Shown piece by piece: positions 1 through 6,403 of a DNA stretch of 10,610 nucleotides; positions within the stretch are counted from its first letter, which is position 1, and every line of letters begins with the position of its first letter. This DNA is from an uncultured Alcaligenaceae bacterium. GTDB lineage: Bacteria > Planctomycetota > Planctomycetia > Gemmatales > Gemmataceae. The stretch is from contig CAZPPD010000123.1 of the NCBI GenBank assembly GCA_964588185.1, positions 1 to 10,610 on the forward strand. Reading direction: 5' to 3'. The notes beneath the pieces were generated by a model, which saw only the letters and a list, made by a program, of their open reading frames with translations, was not told where the DNA came from and did no database searches. The translations under genes were made by a program, and so were the position numbers.

Positions 1-567
1 ATAAAAAGTGGTTGTATTGCTGTCAAACGTCCAGTAGGGAATATATATTCCTTGCAACTTGGTGTTCTCGGCACGGGCATATTTCTTGAGTCCCGACGGA
101 GCGAACCACAGTCCCTTTAACCATTCCCGGAAAGCTTGGAAGGCCCTATCCCTGGGAATCAAAAACGGCAGCAGACTCTTGGGTTGAATCCGCACCTCGT
201 CTCGAGGCTCATCCACCAAGGCACTTCCGCAAAATGGGCATTCACTTGCTGTCACATGGGAATCCACTGTAGTTTCTGCCGCACAAGATTTGCACTTCAT
301 TACCTTCGGTTCAACTTTGGGCTCTTTTTCCGCCAGTTCTCCCAGATAACTTCGGTAATCCAGTTCTTTAATATCTTTTTCGGACTGAGGGATAGGGTTG
401 TTATGGCCACAGTAAGGGCAAGTGATGGATTGCACCGCCGGGTCGAAAACCATTTTCGCCCCGCATTGGTGACAGGGAAATTGCTTCTGGCTGGGAGGAG
501 GTGCATGGAAAGGTTCGATCGGTTCCACAGCAGGGGGAAGTTCCGGAGGCATCCCGTTTGGATCCAT
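1..567 (-). CDS. Double zinc-ribbon protein (YdjG-like), N-terminal 189 aa only; C-terminus lies beyond window start
   Basis: I translated the minus strand from ATG at 567..565. It reads MDPNGMPPELPPAVEPIEPFHAPPPSQKQFPCHQCGAKMVFDPAVQSITCPYCGHNNPIPQSEKDIKELDYRSYLGELAEKEPKVEPKVMKCKSCAAETTVDSHVTASECPFCGSALVDEPRDEVRIQPKSLLPFLIPRDRAFQAFREWLKGLWFAPSGLKKYARAENTKLQGIYIPYWTFDSNTTTFY... with no stop through position 1. There are two CxxC-(17)-CxxC zinc-ribbon motifs. A GAGGA Shine-Dalgarno-like motif sits about 10 nt upstream. The gene is missing from the ORF track because it has no stop in the window. The plus-strand ORF 136..591 and the minus ORF 300..584 are frame shadows of this gene. Confidence 0.6.
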   Translation of the reverse strand, partial: MDPNGMPPELPPAVEPIEPFHAPPPSQKQFPCHQCGAKMVFDPAVQSITCPYCGHNNPIPQSEKDIKELDYRSYLGELAEKEPKVEPKVMKCKSCAAETTVDSHVTASECPFCGSALVDEPRDEVRIQPKSLLPFLIPRDRAFQAFREWLKGLWFAPSGLKKYARAENTKLQGIYIPYWTFDSNTTTFY

Positions 568-599
568 AACAAAATCATCCTCAATGTCTAATCAAGTAG

Positions 600-631
600 G
601 ACAGAACTCCGGTTAACTCCAGTTCCGTCCG
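600..631 (-). other. Imperfect hairpin (9-bp stem with 1 mismatch, 12-nt loop) in the 97-nt spacer between the SPFH gene and the zinc-ribbon gene
   Basis: ggacAgaact (600-609) and agttcCgtcc (622-631) are inverted complements apart from one position. The loop ccggttaactcc contains the palindrome GGTTAACC. No U-tract follows it on either strand. Confidence 0.25.
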
Positions 632-666
632 AAAACCGAAAGAGCTTACATCCAGTAGAGAGTTCA

Positions 667-1785
667 CTATCCCTGAGGAGGAACCGGAGGGGGAGTTGGC
701 GGCGCGGGGGGAAAGATTCCCGCCAGTTCGGGGACTTGTCCGGCTGCCGTCCATTGCACCATACCCTGCCTCCATACCAGGGAGTCCGCTTTAAGTTGTC
801 CGGCTGCAGCTTGTTGCCGAAGCATATCAACCGGATAGGGACCGGTTTGTTTTCCATTGACCACAACGAAGAATGACACCGCCTGGGGAATCGGCGGCGG
901 AGCTTGGGGGCTTGACTGCTGTTGCGGTTGGAAAGCATTTCCCATTTGATTGGCCAATCCAAACCCCATGCCCATGCCCATTCCCCCGGCAGCTAAACCT
1001 CCCGCTCCAGGATTTTTAGCGACATCTGGAATAGCATTGGCCGCCTGATACCGAGTGAAGGTGTTCATGTCACCGATAATTCCCATGGAAGACCTGGTGT
1101 CCAGAGCTTTTTCCACTTCCGGGGGCAACGAAATGTTTTCGACCAGCAGCTTGGTCAGCTCTATGCCGTAGCCGGAAAATTCGGGAGCAATCTGTTTGGT
1201 AACAAACTCGCTGATCTCGTTGTAGTTGCTGGCCAAATCCAATACGGGAATCTTGCTCTCGCCGAGAGCATCGGCAAAACGGGTAACCACCAAATTGCGA
1301 AGTTGGTCCGTTATCTCGTCGGTGGTGAAATGGCTGTCGGTGCCGACTATTTCCTTGACAAACTTGCCGGCATCTTCGACCCGGACGGCGTAGGTCCCAA
1401 AGGCGCGCAAACGAACCGGGCCAAACTCCGGATCCCGCAGCATAAGGGGATTCTTGGTGCCCCATTTCAGGTCGGTGAAATGCCGCATGGAAACGAAGTA
1501 AACGTCGACTTTGAAAGGGCTATTGAATCCATATTTCCATCCATTCAAAGTGGACAAGATCGGCATGTTACTCGTTTCCAACGTGTACATACCCGGCGAG
1601 AAGACATCGGCCAGTTGTCCTTCGTTTATGAAGACCGCCTTTTGGGATTCGCGGACAGTCAGTTTGGCTCCATATTTTATCTCGTTTTGAAAACGCTCAA
1701 ACTTCCAAACCATGGTGTCTGGGGAGTCGTCTGTCCACTCGATAATATCGATGAACTCGCCGCCAAGCTTATCCCAAAATCCCAT
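667..1785 (-). CDS. SPFH/Band-7 family protein (Band_7_1, YdjI-like) with a Gly/Met- and Gln/Pro-rich linker and a C-terminal DUF4339 (GYF-like) domain
   Basis: The track ORF is 667..1863 and starts on TTG. I prefer the internal ATG at 1785, which has an AAGGA Shine-Dalgarno motif 8 nt upstream. That start gives MGFWDKLGGEFIDIIEWTDDSPDTMVWKFERFQNEIKYGAKLTVRESQ..., the typical N-terminus of Band_7_1 / virion-core-protein-like SPFH proteins. The C-terminus NGKQTGPYPVDMLRQQAAAGQLKADSLVWRQGMVQWTAAGQVPEL matches the DUF4339 consensus (G-P..........G.....DTLVW..GM..W..A..V.EL). Stop is TAG at 667-669. Confidence 0.78.
   Translation of the reverse strand: MGFWDKLGGEFIDIIEWTDDSPDTMVWKFERFQNEIKYGAKLTVRESQKAVFINEGQLADVFSPGMYTLETSNMPILSTLNGWKYGFNSPFKVDVYFVSMRHFTDLKWGTKNPLMLRDPEFGPVRLRAFGTYAVRVEDAGKFVKEIVGTDSHFTTDEITDQLRNLVVTRFADALGESKIPVLDLASNYNEISEFVTKQIAPEFSGYGIELTKLLVENISLPPEVEKALDTRSSMGIIGDMNTFTRYQAANAIPDVAKNPGAGGLAAGGMGMGMGFGLANQMGNAFQPQQQSSPQAPPPIPQAVSFFVVVNGKQTGPYPVDMLRQQAAAGQLKADSLVWRQGMVQWTAAGQVPELAGIFPPAPPTPPPVPPQG
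721..879 (-). other. DUF4339/GYF-like small domain at the C-terminus of the SPFH protein
   Basis: Track residues about 329-381: FFVVVNGKQTGPYPVDMLRQQAAAGQLKADSLVWRQGMVQWTAAGQVPEL. It is preceded by a GAGGLAAGGMGMGMGFG / QPQQQSSPQAPPPIPQ low-complexity linker and followed by a PPAPPTPPPVPP tail. Confidence 0.6.
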
Positions 1786-1901
1786 CTGAGATTTCCTTTC
1801 GTTGACAAAATATCTGATAGGCTCACTTGGGGCCAGTTTAGCCCATGGAGCCACATATTTCAAAAAAGGTTTCCCAATCTGCTTACTGAGTTAATTCGCG
1901 G

Positions 1902-1945
1902 CTGGCAGAAAAATATTTTCTTTTCCCCCCGGATCTTTCTGCCGG
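1902..1945. promoter_or_regulatory. Imperfect inverted repeat (8-10 bp arms, 24-nt spacer) immediately 3' of the response-regulator stop and upstream of the SPFH gene; candidate terminator hairpin or operator
   Basis: ctGGCAGAAA (1902-1911) pairs with TTTCTGCCgg (1936-1945). The core ggcagaaa/tttctgcc is a perfect 8-bp complement. The loop contains the run ttttcccccc. The response-regulator stop TAA is at 1946-1948. Confidence 0.3.
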
Positions 1946-2854
1946 TTATTCCTTCCCCCGCCGCTTTACCAAAGTAACTTCATTTCCTTGATCATTAAAG
2001 GAAACCTCATCCAAAAAAGTCCGCATCAACATGATACCTCTGCCGAAAGGCCTGAGCAGATTCTCTGGGTCCGTGGGATCGGGAAGGGTTGAAACATCAA
2101 ACCCCGGCCCTTCGTCGCGGATAATAAACTCTGCCTCAGAGGGAGTGAAGGTGGCCGTGACTTTGACCCGCCGGTCACAGAAAGGAGGTTTTTTGACGCG
2201 TTCCTTCCCTAAACGCCGGTAGGCGTTGTCTTCGGATTCCCGGAGTCGCGAATCCAACTCCAGGTTGCCGTGATCAATGGCGTTAGCGATCGCTTCCGTT
2301 AAGGCGGTCGTTAATTGCAGTAGAGATCCTTGACCACAGAAATTCAAGCGGTTTAAGCCGTCCCGAAGATAGCTGATTAATGCTTGAGATCCCCCCGGTT
2401 CATACCCCAAAATGAATCGCGACTTACTTTCCACGAGAAACTCTCGGACTTGGTCCCGCTGTTGGGCAGCTTCGAGTGCAGCTTGGACTGTCTGGAGTGC
2501 TTCCCCAAGGTCCTGTTTGAGATTCTTCTTGGGAACATAGCTGGCAGCTCCCGCTTGCAACGCTTCCACTGCTACTTCTTCACTTCCGAAAGCCGTCATC
2601 AAAATTACCGGCATCTCCGGATAGTCGCGGCGAAGCTGATGGACCAATTCCAGCCCGTCCATTTCCGGCATCTTCAAATCCGTTAAAACGACCTCAGGAC
2701 ACTCGTTTTCAATCTTTTCAAGTGCTTCCTGACCATTGGATGCGAGGGCAAAATCCAGTCCTTCCTGTCGAACACAGGCACCGGCAATCTGCTGATCTAA
2801 GACGGAATCATCGACTATAAGAACTTTTGTCATAAGTTTGACCTTTTCTGACAT
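1946..2854 (-). CDS. Response regulator: N-terminal receiver (REC) domain fused to a C-terminal RsbW/SpoIIAB-like GHKL serine-kinase (HATPase_c_2) domain
   Basis: The REC motifs are present: KVLIVDDSVLD acidic pocket, VLTDLKMPEMDG phospho-acceptor Asp (track residue 59), ILMTA, and YVPKK. The C-terminal GHKL boxes are present: N-box TEAIANAIDHG, G1 IRDEGPGFD, G2 GRGIMLMRTF. Start is ATG at 2854 with no obvious Shine-Dalgarno motif. An alternative start is ATG at 2833 (MTKVLIVDD), which has AAAGG 9 nt upstream. Confidence 0.82.
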   Translation of the reverse strand: MSEKVKLMTKVLIVDDSVLDQQIAGACVRQEGLDFALASNGQEALEKIENECPEVVLTDLKMPEMDGLELVHQLRRDYPEMPVILMTAFGSEEVAVEALQAGAASYVPKKNLKQDLGEALQTVQAALEAAQQRDQVREFLVESKSRFILGYEPGGSQALISYLRDGLNRLNFCGQGSLLQLTTALTEAIANAIDHGNLELDSRLRESEDNAYRRLGKERVKKPPFCDRRVKVTATFTPSEAEFIIRDEGPGFDVSTLPDPTDPENLLRPFGRGIMLMRTFLDEVSFNDQGNEVTLVKRRGKE

Positions 2855-3000
2855 GAGGTCTTATTTGCTTGAACGAATGTGAGAATGAGATAATACGACG
2901 GGTTGGATTACAAGTATAATATTAAAATTCCGGCCCTTTATCAATCCAACTGGTTGCGCTTGAGAACCTTTCCTTCGCGAAATTAGGGCGTGCTGTTGAA

Positions 3001-6000
3001 CTAGGGATCAGATCCCAAAGCCAAATTCATTGCTTGATGAAGAAGCTTGATTTCATTGTCCAGCTCGGGCAAGATCATTTCCGCCTCGGAGAAGTCGGCA
3101 TCTCTGCCGAATTGTTCCAGTTTCCGAGCGGTGGCAACTAATCCTTTCGCATCGAAAACATCAGCCGCACCCTTTATGGTGTGAGCTCCTCGTTGAACTT
3201 TTTTGGCGTCCTTTTCTGCTAATCCGGCCCAAATCTCATCAAGCTGTTTCTTACATTCCTGCATTAGGGTCGGAACCAATTGTTTCACCGCCTCCATACC
3301 TCCAGGAACCCTTTGCAATGCTGCCTCAAAACTAAATCTGACCTTTGGCAACTCGGCCTCGGGCTGGGAATAGTCTGTTGCACTCGTGTTAGAAACCTCA
3401 GCTTTGATGCCATCTTCGGCGGTATCATCTTTGAATTTGCCACCGAATTGGCCCAGGGTGGCAAACAACTCCTCCTTGTCAAATGGCTTGGCCACATACC
3501 CGTCCATTCCTTTCTGCAAACAATGCTCCCGGTCACCTTTCATGGCGTTGGCAGTCATGGCAATGATGGGAATGTGGTCTCCTGTTTGTTTTTCCCGTTT
3601 CCGGATGGCGGCAGTCGTTTCAAAACCATCCATTTCCGGCATTTGCACGTCCATGAGAATCAGGTCGAATGAATCTCTTTCCAAAGCGATTAATGCCTCC
3701 TTACCATCTTCCACTACAGTCACCTGATGGCCCCGCATTTTCAATATACCTGAAGCCACCTGCTGGTTGACGATGCCATCTTCGGCGAGCAAAATCTTGA
3801 GCGGCTGATCTGAGGTCTGCTTGTCAATTTCGGGCTGGCTGCTGGTTGTTAAACGATTCTGTTCTTTTCCGGAAATACTCAACAGCACATTCAGCAATTC
3901 GGATTGGACCACCGGTTTGGTAAGGCAACGAATAATGCCGAGCTTTTTGCAATGTTCGGCGTGACCTGCCAGGGGGGCTGAGGAGACAAGAACGATAGGG
4001 GTATGGCACATTTTAGGATCTGATCGAACGCGTTCTGTAAAACCAAATCCATCCATTCCCGGCATCATGTGATCCAACAGAATCAAATGGAATGCGTTTT
4101 CACCTTCAATAGCTTTGGCCAACTCCTCCAAACCGCTAACAGGATTGTCCGCGGAAACGGAAAGAATGTGCCAGCTTCTCAGCATCTCCTCGAAGATGCG
4201 CCGGTTGGTGTGGTTGTCGTCGACAATCAGGACCCGCATTCCGGATAACGAAGAGGTATCTGCTCGTTCTTTTTTTCTGTCGTCTGAGAGTACGCCAAAC
4301 TCAGCCGTAAAGTGAAAGGTGGTTCCTTTATCGACTTCGCTTTCGACCCAAATCCGGCCGTTCATCATATGCACCAATTGAGAAGAGATGGCCAGACCTA
4401 ATCCCGTACCTCCGAAACGGCGCGTCGTCGAGGCGTCTGCCTGACCAAAAGCCTCGAAGATCTTTTGTTGTTTGTCGCGGGGAATTCCGATGCCGGTATC
4501 TCTCACGGAGAAATGCAACCGCATTCTATTCCGGTCCAGGGATTCGCGGCAAACATTGATTTCCACCTCGCCTTCGTGGGTAAACTTGATAGCGTTTCCC
4601 ACCAAGTTCACAATTATTTGCCGCAACCTCCCGGGATCACCCAGCAGCGAATCGGGGAGCTCGGGATCGATCCGGCAAGCCATTTCCAGATTCTTTTCCG
4701 CGGCTCGAATCGACAATGTCTGGCCGGTTCTACCCACACAATCGCGAAGGCTGAACTCGATCTCTTCCATTTCCAGTTTACCCGCTTCGATTTTCGACAG
4801 GTCGAGGATGTCATTCAGAAGCTGCAACAAGGAATCTGCCGACTGCTGAATCATCTGCAGATAATCGGATTGCTCACTGGATAGATCAGTGTGAGCCAGC
4901 AATTGGGCCATGCCGATGATGCCGTTCATCGGAGTGCGAATTTCGTGACTCATATTGGCCAAGAAATCACTCTTCGTGCGATTGGCCGACTCGGCAGCTT
5001 CTTTGGCACGCAGAACTTCTCGCTGAGCTTCAACCAACTGTTGGTTGCGCTCTTGCAACTCCCGGGTCCGTTCTGCGACCCGGCCCTCCAAATTGGCATA
5101 GGTGGTTCGCAGCTCTTTAGTCATCTGATTAAATGCCGCCGCCAAGGTGCCAACTTCGTCGTCGCTATTTTCCGGAACGTGGACCTGCAACTGTCCACCA
5201 GCAACGGTTGTTGCCGCTTCGGCCAACTGCCGGATAGGGCTCATCATCCGCCGTACCAGGAAGTACGAAGCGACCAACCCGACAGTAAGGAAACCTGCCT
5301 GGAGAAAAAACATCGTGTTTTGCAGGTGAACTACGGGAGCATAGGCTTCGGCAACATCCATCTTTGCCACCAACCCCCATTTCCGGTATTCAGGTGGATG
5401 ATATTCAACCGGCAGGTAGCGAATGAGGACTTCTTCCCCCATAAAATCGCCGATGTCAAATCCGTCTTTTCCCTGGATGGCCTTTTCGAGGTGGGAAACA
5501 TCTCCAGCAACGAAATCACCCGCCCGGGTAGGGAGCAGAAACTTCACTCCGCCTTTGGCATAAGGGGTGCCGACTATTACCTCTCCTGTTTTTCCCAAGC
5601 CGGTCCGGTCCGAGAGCAGGTCCACTAACGGTTTCATATCCGCAAGCACCATCACCACGCCTAGGGGATTGCCTTCCGCAGAAATTGCCGGAGCCTCCAG
5701 ATAAGCCTGGTAACCGTCCTCAAAGGCTTCCGGAATGCCGAGATGCTCCCGCTTCCTATCTGGATCTACTGCAAATTTCTGTCCAATGTATTCGGGATTG
5801 GTTGCGGCGATGACTTGGTTGTTGAGATCCACAAACCAGATATCCAAAAAACCCTGCGTGCTCTTTTTGGCATCGTTTAAGATGCGTTGTGTCCTTTCCA
5901 AAAAATCCTGTTTGGGAATCTTTCCCATCTTGCGGAGTTCGATCAATTCGCGAAAGCGAGTCCTACTTGCGACCAAGGCAACTCGCTCATGCTCCTGGCG

Positions 6001-6243
6001 AACGAAGGTGAGTAGCCGTGCTTTTCGTTCCATGGCTACTGAGTCGAGGTGATGATTGACTCGCTCCCGCAGGGCATTGCGGGCAAAATAGAAACCGACC
6101 CAACTCAGGGCTTGGGTGATAACCAAGATCACTATGGCTACAAACAACGCTTGTTTGGTAACCAGAGACCTATACCAGGGAGTTTGACCTACCGTAAATT
6201 TGGAGTCATTTGTGGAGGTTGAGGATTGCTCGCGTTGAGTCAT
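3001..6243 (-). CDS. Hybrid sensor histidine kinase: TM1, periplasmic Cache-like sensor (~255 aa), TM2, HAMP, coiled coil, HisKA, HATPase_c, REC, REC, HPt
   Basis: The protein is 1080 aa. TM1 is [23 protein letters not shown] and TM2 is [20 protein letters not shown]. The H-box is [21 protein letters not shown] (His at residue 433). HATPase_c motifs are present: [18 protein letters not shown], and [13 protein letters not shown]1 runs [10 protein letters not shown]...[11 protein letters not shown]...LTKP and REC2 runs KILLAEDG...[13 protein letters not shown]...AMTANA...AKP. The HPt motif is [17 protein letters not shown]. Start is ATG at 6243 with a GGAGGGG Shine-Dalgarno motif 6 nt upstream. 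Stop is TAG at 3001-3003. Confidence 0.92.
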   Translation of the reverse strand: MTQREQSSTSTNDSKFTVGQTPWYRSLVTKQALFVAIVILVITQALSWVGFYFARNALRERVNHHLDSVAMERKARLLTFVRQEHERVALVASRTRFRELIELRKMGKIPKQDFLERTQRILNDAKKSTQGFLDIWFVDLNNQVIAATNPEYIGQKFAVDPDRKREHLGIPEAFEDGYQAYLEAPAISAEGNPLGVVMVLADMKPLVDLLSDRTGLGKTGEVIVGTPYAKGGVKFLLPTRAGDFVAGDVSHLEKAIQGKDGFDIGDFMGEEVLIRYLPVEYHPPEYRKWGLVAKMDVAEAYAPVVHLQNTMFFLQAGFLTVGLVASYFLVRRMMSPIRQLAEAATTVAGGQLQVHVPENSDDEVGTLAAAFNQMTKELRTTYANLEGRVAERTRELQERNQQLVEAQREVLRAKEAAESANRTKSDFLANMSHEIRTPMNGIIGMAQLLAHTDLSSEQSDYLQMIQQSADSLLQLLNDILDLSKIEAGKLEMEEIEFSLRDCVGRTGQTLSIRAAEKNLEMACRIDPELPDSLLGDPGRLRQIIVNLVGNAIKFTHEGEVEINVCRESLDRNRMRLHFSVRDTGIGIPRDKQQKIFEAFGQADASTTRRFGGTGLGLAISSQLVHMMNGRIWVESEVDKGTTFHFTAEFGVLSDDRKKERADTSSLSGMRVLIVDDNHTNRRIFEEMLRSWHILSVSADNPVSGLEELAKAIEGENAFHLILLDHMMPGMDGFGFTERVRSDPKMCHTPIVLVSSAPLAGHAEHCKKLGIIRCLTKPVVQSELLNVLLSISGKEQNRLTTSSQPEIDKQTSDQPLKILLAEDGIVNQQVASGILKMRGHQVTVVEDGKEALIALERDSFDLILMDVQMPEMDGFETTAAIRKREKQTGDHIPIIAMTANAMKGDREHCLQKGMDGYVAKPFDKEELFATLGQFGGKFKDDTAEDGIKAEVSNTSATDYSQPEAELPKVRFSFEAALQRVPGGMEAVKQLVPTLMQECKKQLDEIWAGLAEKDAKKVQRGAHTIKGAADVFDAKGLVATARKLEQFGRDADFSEAEMILPELDNEIKLLHQAMNLALGSDP
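3019..3321 (-). other. C-terminal HPt (histidine phosphotransfer) domain of the hybrid kinase
   Basis: Residues about 975-1075 contain the canonical HxxKG motif ([12 protein letters not shown]). It follows two receiver domains, the arrangement of ArcB/BarA/GacS-type unorthodox kinases. Confidence 0.75.
5314..6081 (-). other. Periplasmic sensor domain of the hybrid kinase (between the two TM helices), Cache-like, ligand unknown
   Basis: Residues about 55-310 lie between the two hydrophobic helices. They have mixed alpha/beta character (…[26 protein letters not shown]…[17 protein letters not shown]…[19 protein letters not shown]…) typical of Cache/PDC-type extracytoplasmic sensors. Confidence 0.5.
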
Positions 6244-6403
6244 TCAGCACCCCTCCACCGAGATTTCGGTCGAAGTCCGAGAGAAATACGAGTTTTGTCA
6301 CAAATGAATTTTCGGGTAAAAGGGTCAGGAAAATTTAATGCCTTGCACTTTTCGGACATTCAATTGTGACAGAACACCCGTGAGGTGAAACAAAGAACCC
6401 GGC

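Noticed and set aside
136-591. Plus-strand 151-aa ORF (and minus 300..584 94-aa ORF)
   Set aside because: Both are alternative-frame shadows of the minus-strand double zinc-ribbon gene (1..567). Their translations are low-complexity (F/L/R-rich) with no motifs, whereas the 567→1 frame has two clean CxxC…CxxC ribbons and no stops.
1303-1977. Plus-strand 224-aa ORF and minus-strand ORFs 588..962, 581..775, 1070..1465
   Set aside because: All overlap the SPFH gene in other frames or antisense. They have no Shine-Dalgarno motif and no recognisable motif. The SPFH frame carries the family signature.
2915-2920. Perfect TATAAT hexamer on the plus strand in the HK-RR spacer
   Set aside because: No suitably spaced -35 element. 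It would drive transcription antisense into the kinase gene. It is most likely a chance occurrence in an AT-rich spacer.
4891-5628. Plus-strand 245-aa ORF and other ORFs (3280..3672, 3386..3727, 4465..4884, 5735..6052 etc.) inside the hybrid kinase gene
   Set aside because: These are antisense or off-frame shadows in a GC-moderate gene. The kinase frame contains an uninterrupted set of HisKA/HATPase/REC/HPt motifs.
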